Shown one piece after another: positions 51,758-64,000 of a stretch of 64,000 nt of DNA (positions are counted from its first letter, which is position 1; every line of letters starts with the position of its first letter). Position numbers and translations under genes: made by a program. This stretch comes from Lingula anatina (Eukaryota > Animalia > Brachiopoda). The stretch is from contig CM120644.1 of the NCBI GenBank assembly GCA_051362555.1, positions 3,232,954-3,296,953 of the forward strand, given 5' to 3'. Below the pieces are notes generated by a model. The model saw nothing but the letters and a program-made list of their open reading frames with translations. It made no database searches and was not told the DNA's origin.

Positions 51758-52856
51758 GTGAGGGTGTGCAAGGGGGGAGGGGGGGCAGTGAGGACGGATC
51801 AACAAAGATGATTCGGAAGAATGTCAGAAAATGTCTCTGGATCTGCCCCTGAGTGACTATCAATGCATAGTATGCTTTTGTCTTTCATTTGTAATATTTT
51901 TTGTCACATTTTCTCCTCAAAGACGACAAAAAAAAATTGAACTAAATGAAATTTTAACACTAAAAAAATAGGCAGAGGAATTTTTGGGTCATGTTTCACG
52001 TCACAGGGTTTTATTTTATAGGGGCCTACTCGCCTTAGGGTAGGGAGGCGGTGGCTGTACCTTCGTGTGCGTGAGTAGCACCATTTACGTGAAGACTGGG
52101 TTGTTAAATTGTTAGGGTTACTTAAGAGGTTTTTAGATTCATCATGGGATATTTTAGGGGTCAAAAGTATGAGGTATCTAAATAATAAAATTTAAAAAAT
52201 CATTAAAAACTTTACAAATGCGATTTCAGAATATTTTTTAAAATTAACATCCAAGATTTTGCGCACACAAAAAGGACCGTTTCATTTGGTTTAATAATTG
52301 GAGCATGACAATGTTAAATATACATTTTATTCTATGCAAACCAAACCAGATTCCAAACAATCAGATATACTTTCTGATACCCTGTTGTCTCTGCAGTTTC
52401 ATGGCATTTCATGGCATTTCTATACATGCTGTATATGCATCCAAATCCCATACTGATGGCAAACTATTATTTTCAGTTCTTATTTCTCATCCTTTGTACC
52501 ACAGCATGTGTTGAACTATAGATAATAAACTTCAAATATAAAACAGGCGACCCAGCATTGATGCCATTTCTTGGTAGTGCTCTTTACTGGTGCAGGAGGT
52601 CAAGAGTTCGATACCCATGGACACTTCATACTATTGGACGATTATAAAAAAATGAATTTGAACTACAAAAAGTATGGGCCTTTTGCTCTCTAATGCACTG
52701 TTCATAGTCAGTACATGTAGTTGAAGCCAGGCACACCACTTATTGGTAATGACTTGATCTTTTTCAATGGGCCAAAATTACCAACCTTCAGATACATTAT
52801 TTCATAATTACAAAATTGTTTCAATAAAGCATTTGTGGTGCTTTTACTGCATGTAA

Positions 52857-52889
<33 letters not shown>

Positions 52890-55677
52890 ATAGAAAAGCC
52901 AGTTTTTAAAATTTGTTTGATACCACTCAGAATGAATGTCCTAATTTTATCAAATGATGACTTAAAAAATACAGTATCTGTAAAATATCCAATTACCCCC
53001 AATTAAAAAGATCAAGCAAGTACCATACTAGTATACACATGTACACCTCCCAGTCTAGTGGTGTTCCTAGATGTAATACATATATCATAATTCAGCAGGC
53101 CCATTCTGCACAGCAGCAAACAATCAATAAGAAATCTACTTGGATTACATCTAAACTTGTGTCCACACACTGACGGCACGGGCTACCGAGGTTAAAAAAT
53201 TTCTGGTGTTCAGTGATTTAGATTTCAGCATTCGAAAACAGTTGGTCACTTATTGACACTGAAATTAGGTAGAAAAATGCTGTTATACATTGTAACCAAC
53301 TGATGTTAATAAACTATGCACTTTAACCAATACTGCAGGATACTGAAACAGTATGGTGCCTAAGAAATGTAGCTGAAACAAAAAATGTTTTATGATCACA
53401 AAATGATATTATACGTGGTTAGACCCCAAACATTTGCATTATAGCACAAAAGAAACTACACATACATTCAATATAAAGTAGAAAAAGGAATGTTCCAAAA
53501 CAGAAATGAAAACATTTAAAAAGTTAACATATCTTGAGATTATTTAAAACTGAACAATAACAACTAGTTCTCAATGCTTAAAAAAAAAAAAAAAAAAAAA
53601 CTTTTTAGAAAACAATCATTTCATCTTCCCTTACGTACTGGTAAAATACAATCTGAATGCAGTCGATGGCATTTTTTTTCTGTATTGTGGCTTTTCTAAT
53701 AATTGCACAAAAAGAGCAGACTATGACATAATAACGACTTTCAAAAATGAAGGTCAAGGATACCGTGAAAAGAATATACAGTGAATGTAAAAGTGCAGGT
53801 TTATGAAATAAGTTAGAGAAAATGGACATAACAGAAAACAATAAACTCTAAGGTATCAAACATCAAACACATTTAAGAGAAATTGTCTTTAAGATTCTTT
53901 GTTGCATTCATACACTCTTCCAGGGCTGTTGCTATAGATTTCATTTATCATTTTTGACTATTTTACCTACAGTCACTGCTGTGCTTCAATACAATTCATT
54001 ATGCATTATTTTTCTATATACTGCAACAGTTGCACCAGTCAGGGCTCATTACTACCTCTGAAAACTAGATTTTTTTAAAGCACAAATGCTGACTTGTCCA
54101 TGTCCTTCTAAGCATTCTATTAAAATGAGGAGCCTGGAAGATAATAAGTATTCACTCACAGTATTGCTAGAAGTGGGGTATGTATCAGCAGAGATACTTA
54201 GTATACACCATTGGCACCAGGGCGAGCCACTTTACTGCTCATGACAAAAACATAAAACACATCAGTGTAAGTACTGTAACAACTACAGACCATGTATCAT
54301 GCAATGTATATAAAATAAAGAGATATAATAAATATCAACTGTCTTCATTTTTTTTTTTGTTTGGATTATTTCAATACATGTAATGAATTAAAGATATGTA
54401 GCCACAACCATTATGCTATACACTTTCATTTTGTTATCAAAAGCAATCCTAGAAAATATCACCCACATTAGACTCTATCTAATATTCTATGTTACTATAT
54501 TATTTACTATAGTAGCTACACATCAGAGCACACATTATTATACAGGTACCATATAACTATACACAGACACAAATAAGACTGGAATCAAAGATTGTTTGAT
54601 ATGGATTTCATAAAAAAACAAAATAATGTCGACCATAAATCCCTAAGGTCCTTTTTAATGACTTGTTTTCTTGGCCACAATTTTCTCACCCTGGGTTTCG
54701 GAGGTTCTTGGTAATATGCCTCCATGACAAACATTACTACACTGCTGTCTCCATGGCAACAGTAGTGAGGTCAGTATCCAGGACATCGAAACTCTGGGCA
54801 TAATTTCCACAAATTTTTAAACTGTTGCCAAGGACCTCTGTGACTCAGAGTGGGGAATTTTCCACAAACTATAGTGAATAACATAGAGAAAGGATAACAA
54901 AAAAGGTAACATCTTTTTCATAATTGTAAGACAATAGGCCCACAACATTGAAATTGGAAACGATACTGAAAATGGCACTTGAAAAATAGGAATAAGTTAG
55001 ATACGGATGTGCAACCAGACCCTTAGTACCAACATCATTAAATATCTATCTACAAGTCAGACATATAGGAACATCTTGATAATGAAAACTAAAAATAAAT
55101 ATTATCCGTTTAGAGTGCACAATTATCTTTAAGCATGGACATAAATACCAGTATAATGTAAAACTTTACTATGTCCATATGTTGAACAAAGTCCTGTGTG
55201 TAGTAAATGATATTTGTTACCTGCACCTCTAAAGCTCATATTCTAAGAGTACTATATATTATATACAAATCTTTTTACCAGCTTCGGTATTATCTGCTTT
55301 ATGTATTATATACTATACTTATGCTCTTACATACTACTATAGCTTACATTCTAAATACTGTTCAAACCCATGTAGATCTACATATTATAATATTAATAAC
55401 CTTTTCCATACACACATAATAAATTTTACCATTTACTTCGAGCAATCCACCCATTCATATAATGATAATCTGTTATCATTCATATAATGATAATCTATAC
55501 ATCTTGACATAAATATATTATTGATTGCTATAGTAACTTAACTATACATCTGGGATGCAGTTGTTGTTCTTTGTATTTATTTAATTTGTACCAACAATTC
55601 ACAGTTCATCCAATGGCAGTCTTTGTTGTAATCAGCCATTGGTGGCCATTGTAACAATTGTCCAATGACAGTTCTTC

Positions 55678-55769
55678 TTACTGCACATCCTCGGGCATTA
55701 CATAGGTGATGTCGTCCCATGGGTGACGGTACAGACCTTGTTTGAGACGTTTTTGATCCAAAAAGTGAC
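55678..55769 (-). CDS. ACLY: ATP-citrate synthase, terminal exon
   Basis: [30 protein letters not shown]. Confidence 0.97.
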
Positions 55770-56204
55770 CTTAAAAAAGAATCACATGAAATTTAAGCTG
55801 TTTCGTTAAGATTTTTTTTGTATAAAGAAATCAATGCATATAACACATCTTATGATTTTCTTTCATGGAGCCATCATTATATGAAATGGAAAATAAACAC
55901 TTTTTCATCATTCCCAGAAATAGACACAGCGATGAAACAAAGAGTACAACATATTCCTTTTAACTCTCACAATTCAGAGGCACCTCTTCCATTATATAAA
56001 GTGTACTCTATATTTTGTATTGTACATTGCCAGTAAATTTAACTTGAAGATTCAGGGAGTTTTACAAGTCCCACCTATAAAAATGGTAGAAAGTATTACA
56101 AAGAACTTGACGAAGTAGACGTCACCTCAAAGTCCCGTAATAAACATCTGTTATCAGAGAATGCAGATCGAAAACACCACTTGATAATCTCTGCATATGC
56201 TTAC

Positions 56205-56364
56205 CAATAAATCCTATACTTCTTCCCAACACAAAGAGCCCGTTTAGTGCTCCAATATCGATGTACTCCTGTGCCTCTTCTCTGGTGAAGCAGTCACATG
56301 ACCTCAGCATGTCCGTCATGGCGACTCCGATAAAACCATCCACATTCAGGATTAAGTTGGGTTT
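56205..56364 (-). CDS. ACLY: ATP-citrate synthase exon
   Basis: [14 protein letters not shown]...[16 protein letters not shown], with AG/GT boundaries. Confidence 0.97.
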
Positions 56365-56623
56365 CTGGAATTTGAGGCAAGGTGTTGAATCTACAATTTT
56401 TTTTAGGGGGGGAGGGGGGTACCAGGTTTTAACATTCACTGAAGATGAATTTATCAAAAGCTGATGTTAACTTATTCATTTTACATTACAGTAATTGCAA
56501 TTATACTTACAATGTCATTCTATTTTTTAATATTGTGATACCACCTAAATGACTCATAGACATCAAGTGAAAATGTTGGTGGAATGGGCTGTTTTCATCC
56601 AACGCTTCCTGCAGCTAACTTAC

Positions 56624-56737
56624 CTTGGATGTGGTGATTTTCTCAACTTCTATGGCATAGTCCAGGAGGGGAGTAGATGGGAATGTTTCCTTCACAAACT
56701 TCTTTAATATCACAACTCTCATGTCAGGATTGTTGAT
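56624..56737 (-). CDS. ACLY: ATP-citrate synthase exon
   Basis: [38 protein letters not shown]. Confidence 0.97.
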
Positions 56738-57383
56738 CTGTGGGTAAAGATAATAAGTCCATAACTATACAGCCACTACCAGTAAATCTGCTATTCAACA
56801 CAGTCAAACTACAATTATGACCTGGCCTTTTCAAGGGGGAAAATTAAGGATCTTTTGGATACATAATATCGGTACCTTAAAATATATATTCTCCATTAAA
56901 AGATTAAGTCATTACCACATCTCACAAATCAAGTTTCATGCCAGATTTCAACTGATTTCAAAATGTCCAGTCTTCTTCACAATATTCACCATTAGCTTAA
57001 AGTGATAATAACTCTTCGTTTCAGCCAAAAAATGAATTTTCCTGGAGCAAACAACAATTTTCCCATACTTACCAATGGTTAATGAATCCATTTTTACATT
57101 CAAAGTTAGTCCCTGGTTTTTTTCTAAAAAGTTTGGTTTTTTGTTAAAATCTCTTAAGAGATTTTAACAGAGTATAGCCATCAATGGAGGTCATGTGGTC
57201 TAAAGACAAGCTCAGATATCAGAATAATAGCTATAACAGCCGTTTTTGTGGGAAAACAGTATATATTATATTTTTATGAGTCACTCACAATGTTTTTATT
57301 GTGAAATACAGATTTCATACGAAGAGTTATTATCCCTTTAAGATATAAATTATCAATAAACATTATGTGCTCAGTGTACTCAC

Positions 57384-57527
57384 AGATTTAACTCGGTGCC
57401 CTATCCCCATGATAAGCTGTCCTTTCTTCCTCATGGTGTTCACAAACTCCATGGGAATCATGCCGGCGTCAAATGCCTCTGTGAACTGCTTGGCTGCTCC
57501 GTCCAGCGCCCCGCCAAACCTGTCTCC
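57384..57527 (-). CDS. ACLY: ATP-citrate synthase exon
   Basis: GDRFGGALDGAA...LIMGIGHRVKS. Confidence 0.97.
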
Positions 57528-57679
57528 CTGGAATACGAAGAATGTTAAATCGAAATCAACTTCACATATCATACTGTCTCTCGCGTCTCTGATACCTGGT
57601 CAGATTTCAAAAGTATAATATGTACTGTACACTGGAATCTGTCACAACTAACAGATGGAGGTACCAGTATGTCACTTAC

Positions 57680-57830
57680 AATGGTCAGCAGACCAGAGGT
57701 GAGGCAGGAGACCAGATCTTTGCCAGCTCTAGCACAGACAATGGTGTTGTGGGCTCCAGACACGGCTGGACCGTGGTCAGCAGTGACCATCAGACACATC
57801 TCTAGAAATTTACAGGCATACTTGGGAAGT
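57680..57830 (-). CDS. ACLY: ATP-citrate synthase exon
   Basis: [50 protein letters not shown]. Confidence 0.97.
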
Positions 57831-58062
57831 CTGGAATGAAATGTTTGGAAACACTAGTACATATATTAGGTCTCATATAAAATGATAAGATTATTGCCAT
57901 TGATATCTCGAGACAGGGATTTCTGACTGAGAAAGCAAAATTAATGTCAAACTGCGATTTCATAGTGCAGAAACCAAACCAATTTGTCCAAGAAGAGAAG
58001 CATTAAAAGAGCACAAACCTCTGCCAAGGCAGCTCATTTCTTATAATTATCATAAAGATATC

Positions 58063-60389
58063 AAACTAGAGGATCAGAGAGGCGATAACGCCTCCGAATA
58101 TTGTACCACCAGCTGGAGCAAGCGCATTCGTATAGACCCCCACATACACAAAATAAGGGACACAGCCACCAGTTTTGTGCTTGACAAGCTGTAAAAATGC
58201 AATCAACAAGAATTTTTCAACTATTGCAAAAATTATATATGGTACAATCAAATTTAAGTTCTTCGTAAGGTAGGTCAAGGGTCAATTTCAAGGTCACAGT
58301 AAATTGCTAGTATATGACTTCCTATTCAAGTTCAAGAGTAACTATGGACCTATCTCTGTCAAGTTTGAAGTTAAAAGAGAAAGAAATTAGCAGAGTTCAG
58401 TTCATGATAAAAAGTAGGTCAAAGGTCAATTTCAAGGTCACATTTAGATTGCCAGTATATGACTTGCTATTCAAGTTCAATAGTAACTACGGACCTATCT
58501 CAGCCAGTTTTGGAGATAAAAGGAAAGCAAAATTTGCAAAATTCAGTTTATGGTGTAAAGTAGGTCAAAGGTCAATTTTAAGGTCACATTTAGATTGCCA
58601 GTATATGACTTCCTTTTCAAGTTCAATAGTAACTAAGGACCTATCTCTGCCAGTTTTGGAGATAAAAGGAAAGCAAAATTTGCAAAGTTCAGTTCAGGTG
58701 AAAAGTAGGTCAAAGGTCAATTTCAAGGTCACATTTAGATTGCCAGTATATGACTTCCTATTCAAGTTTAATAGTAACTACGGACCTATCTCAGCCAGTT
58801 TTGGAGATAAAAGGAAAGCAAAATTTGCAAAATTCAGTTCATGGTGAAAAGTAGGTCAAAGGTCAATTTCAAGGTCACATTTAGATTGCCAGTATATGAC
58901 TTCCTATTCAAGTTCAATAGTAACTATGGACCTATCTCTGCCAGTTTTGGAGATAAAAGGGAAGCAAAATTTGCAAAGTTCAGTTTATGGTGAAAAGTAG
59001 GTCAAATGTCAATTTTGAGGTCACATTTAGATTGCCAGTATATGACTTCCTATTCAAGTTTAATAGTAACTACGGACCTTTCTCAGCCAGTTTTGGAGAC
59101 AAAAGAAAAGCAAAATTTGCAAAATTCAGTTCATGGTGTAAAGTAGGTCAAAGGTCAATTTTAAGGTCACATTTAGATTGCCAGTATATGACTTCCTATT
59201 CAAGTTTAATAGTAACTACGGACCTATCTCAGCCAGTTTTGGAGATAAAAGGAAAGCAAAATTTGCAAAATTCAGTTCATGGTGTAAAGTAGGTCAAAGG
59301 TCACTTTCAAGGTCATAGTAAGATTGCCAGTATATGACTTCCTATTCAACTTCAATAGTAACTATGGTCCTATCTCTGCCAGTTTTGGAGATATAAGGGA
59401 CTAAATGTTATAATTTTGGAGTTACCATAATGTGCCTTAAATTTCGTACAGAAAAAATTAATTAAAATAAAGAAAATGTCATTTTGGTCAAAATTCTTGA
59501 AATAGGAGGTGCTCTGAAGTTTCAGAAGTTCAAATTTGATGAAATAATGTCATTTTTGAACACAGGTTGTCTGCTTTGCCAAGCCTTATGTTTTATTTTT
59601 CCAGAGTTCAAAATTTATTATCCATTACCGTACTGCACATTTTGCTTTTACCACCAATATGTACTTTTGATACAGCATAATTCGAAAACCGTATGGAATA
59701 CAAAAAAACCGAGACCACCTCCAGTGTTGGGCTTTACATGCTCTACAAAATGCAAAAAAGAATGGGTCTCTAGCATTAACGGTTCCCGAATTAGAGACAG
59801 TTTTCAGTTTCGGTATCTTATGGCCGCTACTCCCGTGAAAATGCACCGATTGACCCCAAATTCATGGAGATGAAAGATGACCTGAAGGGTAACACCTTCC
59901 AATAATATTATTGGTTAAGTCTGTGTGGTGTCTGAATAACAGGGCAAAAAAATTTTTTTCGTAAAAAATTTCATTTTTTTGAAAATTTTGGCCCATTTGA
60001 CCTTGGAGTAAAGGTCAAAGGTCAAATCCAAGGGTATATTTGAAATCTACACATATGACTTTTGGAAAGCCGTCTATAGAAATTTTTCCCATAACTCCTT
60101 CCGTAGGGTAGATAATTAGCATTTAATTTTGCCATTTTTAGACAAGGGTGCATTGCAATGAGTGCCACACCCAGACCCCAATACCGACAAAGCCCAAATT
60201 TTAGGTGGAACGAGTTGAGATTATAGGTGACCTAAATCCATGAGATGGGTACAGGGGCCCTTACCGTCTAGGAGGAGAAGCGGTAACGGTAGCCGTCCGG
60301 CGGAGCCGGCGGAGCCAACGGAGCCGGCGGAACGATCCGGACGGGACCGAAACCATGTGTACCGCCAGCGCTAACGCTGGTGGTACAAT
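58063..60389 (+). mobile_element. Helentron-associated (HINE-like) element in an ACLY intron, nested in a smaller element
   Basis: 14-bp subterminal inverted repeat attgtaccaccagc (58100-58113) / gctggtggtacaat (60376-60389), terminal hairpin gtaccgccagcgctaacgctggtggtac, cggagc short repeats, and an internal tandem array. Confidence 0.7.
58265..59400. repeat. 146-bp tandem array, about 8 copies
   Basis: gccagtatatgact anchor at 58451, 58597, 58742, 58888, 59034, 59180 and 59326. Confidence 0.95.
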
Positions 60390-60566
60390 TATTATCATTA
60401 AATTAATAAATTAATCACCAAAATCTAATCAATTTCAAGTAAGCCCATTTCTGACATCTGAACATTTCATGAAATTCCGTTCATGAATTTCGAATCAGGC
60501 CAGTTAAAAATAACAAAAAACCAACCAAGTCAAACACAGATCTTCCTTGGCGGTGGTAATAATTAC

Positions 60567-60721
60567 CTCCTCTGGAACCAGAGTAGACTGAGCACACCAC
60601 CTATCCCAATGTCCTCCTTAAAGATGTCCGTGATGGGCATCCCAGCATACAACAGTTCCTGCCCGCGCTCATCACAGATGGATGTCATGAAAGACGCTGG
60701 TTTTCTGATCAGGCCAAGTTC
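60567..60721 (-). CDS. ACLY: ATP-citrate synthase exon
   Basis: [51 protein letters not shown]. Confidence 0.97.
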
Positions 60722-60723
60722 CT

Positions 60724-60724
<1 letters not shown>

Positions 60725-60772
<48 letters not shown>
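60725..60772. repeat. (TAA)n microsatellite adjacent to an ACLY acceptor
   Basis: Direct reading. Confidence 0.9.
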
Positions 60773-60773
<1 letters not shown>

Positions 60774-61100
60774 TAATAACCAGAAAAGCTTCAGAGAGCA
60801 CATGCAGACCTCTACCAAGGTAACTCAGTTCTGGTTATTATTAATCAATGAGTATTTTTTAAGTTTTTTTCCTTTCATTCTGGCTAAGGCGTAGTTTATG
60901 TTGCATAACAAATATATTATACCACAAGGTGTGCATGCATGTGCCTGCATGTGTATATTTACTCCATACTCTACCTCACACTTAGTTTATGAGACTAGTT
61001 GGTGATACCATCACATAACATAAATTATACTACATGATGTGTATATGTACCCGTGTGCATGCATGTGTGTGTGTGTGTGTGTGTGCGCGTGCATACTTAC

Positions 61101-61194
61101 CCTGGCCCAGGCGTAGTCCATAGGTACAGTGGGTGGTGGAACTTCAGGTGCAGGCACTATGTCTCCCTGCTCCACTAGGTTATCATATACTGTC
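61101..61194 (-). CDS. ACLY: ATP-citrate synthase exon
   Basis: [31 protein letters not shown]. Confidence 0.97.
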
Positions 61195-61775
61195 CTGGAA
61201 TACACGTTTACTTTATTTCTTAACACCTTATTAAGGGTACAAAATGTAGGATCTGATGAGGTACATAATTCACACCGCAAAATTAAATACCTGCTCAGTA
61301 TGTACCCCAAGCTAGGTTAGGCACACTTTAATATATAATATAATATAATAAGTATAATCTGTTTTAAGTTGGTCAAGTATTTCTTTATTCTTAACTGGAA
61401 GTACATTAAGCTTCATTATTAAGAGTGGAAAAACATTGTAAAATCATTTATATCTTAATCTAAAAAATACAAAAAATGTACTATGCATTAAAAAAATTAG
61501 CTCTAAATGCTGTAGGAATTTACAAGACAAAGGTGAATTAAAGCAATTTGAAATATATTACAATAATTCCATGTTAAGTCTTCATTTAATATCATTATCA
61601 CTGCTATTATCATTTATTAATTTTACAAAATTATACTTATTTTTGGCTCACAAGTATCTACACATGTTAACAACTCACACATACATTCACATTATTACAC
61701 ACTCAGCCTCTAACACACATATCATCAACCCTTGATTTCATAGTTACTCCATGACATGATCATCACAACACTTAC

Positions 61776-61903
61776 TTGATCATTTTATCCAGTTCATCAA
61801 AGCTCTTGGGCACGTTCACCCCAGCTTCACTCAGGGCTTTGTTCTTGGCTGTGGCCGTCTCTCTGTCTCCATGGGCACTGGAGCCAGCGTGGCCGAATTG
61901 AAC
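61776..61903 (-). CDS. ACLY: ATP-citrate synthase exon (phospho-His loop)
   Basis: [42 protein letters not shown]. Confidence 0.97.
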
Positions 61904-62387
61904 CTGGGGAGCACAAACCGGAAGATGATGTAGGCGACACTGACCATGGACTCTAAGAAATGCTAGTTAAATTGAAGCCGACCCATTAAAATTTTATAAA
62001 CTTATTCAGTTACTGGCCATCTTTTCACAGGTTTAGGCCAGTTGATTCTTAGACCCTGGATGTTTGAAGGGATAGTAGGCTTCAAGGGCTTTTTCTTTTG
62101 GTCAATGCCCCTTAGGTCACTGACAATTATTTCTCTACTGAAGATTAGTGGTATGTAAGTGAATGTTATGATCATCCAGCTGTGCTTAACTAAAGTAGAG
62201 AAAAATTTTGAATCTGATGCTGGATCTTACCTGATACAAGTAACACTCAGTGGTATTAATGGCGCTGTTGTAATTGTTATTTTATTATCAGGTAAGTCCA
62301 GTACGAGGTTTGTTAAATATTTTTACATGATAACAAACTACTAGATGAATCAGAACATTCACTCACTCAAAGGCAAGTTAATTTTAC

Positions 62388-62580
62388 CTCAGATGTAAAC
62401 ATTGAAGCACAAGTCCCAATGCACCAGGCCACGATTGGTTTGGTGATCTTTTTGTCCTTCACGGCCTGTATGATATTGTACTCCTCCGTCCCTCCAACCT
62501 CGCCCAGGACCACAATGACCTTGACATTGGGGTCGGCTTGGTAACGGAATATATGATCCATGAAGGTGGTGCCTGGGTAC
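62388..62580 (-). CDS. ACLY: ATP-citrate synthase exon
   Basis: [14 protein letters not shown]...[10 protein letters not shown]...[18 protein letters not shown]. Confidence 0.97.
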
Positions 62581-62703
62581 CTGGAGAGTAGAGAACGGAA
62601 TCCAGAGATGAAAGTGGAGCTTTAATATTTTTTTTAAATGGTAAAAAAAGTGTACAGGGAATTCAGACTTTAATGCTGTTCCCAGCAGGCTTCTGACTCT
62701 CTC

Positions 62704-62705
<2 letters not shown>

Positions 62706-62748
<43 letters not shown>

Positions 62749-62777
62749 GTATGTGTGTGTGTGTATATGTGTGTGTA

Positions 62778-62820
<43 letters not shown>

Positions 62821-62822
62821 GC
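62706..62822. repeat. (TG)n compound microsatellite
   Basis: Direct reading. Confidence 0.95.
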
Positions 62823-63126
62823 GCATGCGCAGATGTGTGCAGCTTTCTTCAATACAGACTCTGACCTTGCACAATGTCTGATTTTTCCATTCAAACCTCC
62901 AAGAAAGGATAACTTATTTAAGTTAATACTTCACAACATTTCTCAATTTTATCAGACATCCGTTCTTAGATATATTCAAATAAAACATATTGACTCTATA
63001 GATTTTAATACTACTTTGTCAGTGCTAAAACACTCCATTTCACCCCCCCCCCCTTCCCTTGTAAGAATCAAAATCAACAGAAAAAAAGGGTTTTGATAGA
63101 AGCATTCTAGATTGCCCATGTTCTAC

Positions 63127-63231
63127 CTGTCTCCTCCTATGGCGACTCCTTCACACACTCCATCAGTGTTGAGAGAGATGATGTTGTTCAGCTCGTTGGA
63201 CATTCCACCAGATCTGGAGACATAGGCAATG
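63127..63231 (-). CDS. ACLY: ATP-citrate synthase exon
   Basis: [34 protein letters not shown]. Confidence 0.97.
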
Positions 63232-63385
63232 CTGGAAGGGAGGAAGAAAAAAATTCAGTGCAAGAACGTTTGACCTTGGCCCATTTCAGAAAAAAAATTA
63301 TGGCTTTACAGAAAGCTACTGTATAGAAAAATTATTGAAAAATAATCACGTCCCTAGACAAAAATTCTGGTCAGCTAGAGCTCAC

Positions 63386-63477
63386 CTGCCAGGCCTGTAG
63401 AGTTTGGAGGCCAGTATGTTGTCCAGCATACCTCCTGTGTTGCCTATCTTGAAGCAGCCTGGTTTGATCCCACCAAC
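63386..63477 (-). CDS. ACLY: ATP-citrate synthase exon
   Basis: [30 protein letters not shown]. Confidence 0.97.
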
Positions 63478-63873
63478 CTGAAGAAACAGACCAGACATAC
63501 TGTATGTTTAGGCAAAACGAATTTTGAAAAGTTTGGACAACCCCAACTTTTACCATACAAGATAAGAACTTTTTCCATCTTTTTTTTAAATTTTTTTAAT
63601 TGAAAAATGAATGCATTAGGTACTGCTTTGTTAAATAAAGTGCAATAATTATTATAATTGTTATCAATGATGTTAACTTGAAAAGCATGCATTAGCATTT
63701 ATATGTAATAGACATTTCAATTTAATATGACAGAGTGTTGGTTTATAACATACTCAATTCCTTATGCCTAATGACTTAATAGCTGTGTGTGTGTGTGTGC
63801 GTGCGTGCGTGCAAGCGTGTACACTGAATGTTTCTCAGCACTCTATCCACCAGTGTCCAGTCTATATACTCAC

Positions 63874-63978
63874 AGTGGCCGGGCCTATGATGGTCACTCC
63901 CTTCTCTCTGGCCATCTTGTTAATTTTCCTGGTCAGGTTCTCTGGGATGCCCTCTGCTATAATGGCTATGGTGCGGAT
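63874..63978 (-). CDS. ACLY: ATP-citrate synthase exon (gene continues beyond the window)
   Basis: [35 protein letters not shown]. Confidence 0.97.
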
Positions 63979-64000
63979 CTAGGGGAGAAAGAACAGCAGG

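Noticed and set aside
58265-59400. Regular repeat array and its ORFs as a CRISPR array or repeat protein
   Set aside because: The units are wholly repeated with no unique spacers, the context is a eukaryotic intron, and the ORFs shift frame between units.
62389-63096. HT/CV-rich ORFs here, and YI-, N- or Y-run ORFs elsewhere
   Set aside because: Translations of microsatellites.
17770-63978. Functional sugar-metabolism cluster of GTDC1, GH32 and ACLY
   Set aside because: GTDC1 modifies tRNA and ACLY is a housekeeping enzyme. Adjacency alone is not evidence of a shared pathway.

Overview
AT-rich, intron-containing animal genomic DNA. The repeat types and a cysteine-rich ectodomain suggest a marine invertebrate, probably a mollusc or other lophotrochozoan (inference only). 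Four loci were reconstructed by hand with GT-AG junctions and consistent phases. (1) The last two coding exons of GTDC1/QTMAN (+). (2) A 3-exon antisense gene, apparently nested in the GTDC1 intron, encoding a secreted protein with about 39 acidic 15-aa mucin-like repeats, a somatomedin-B-like Cys-rich region and a hydrophobic C-terminus (-). (3) A cluster of bacterial levanase/inulinase-like GH32 sequences: one intact 6-coding-exon gene (614 aa, signal peptide, C-terminal hydrophobic segment, unusual active-site motifs), one pseudogene interrupted by nested transposons, and an inverted orphan exon. (4) The last 12 coding exons of ATP-citrate lyase (ACLY, -). The rest is MITEs, a foldback element, Helentron-like elements with a 146-bp array, Penelope, Tc1/mariner and LINE remnants, and local duplications. 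The best novelty candidate is the intron-containing GH32 family, which is likely horizontally acquired and has a remodelled active site.
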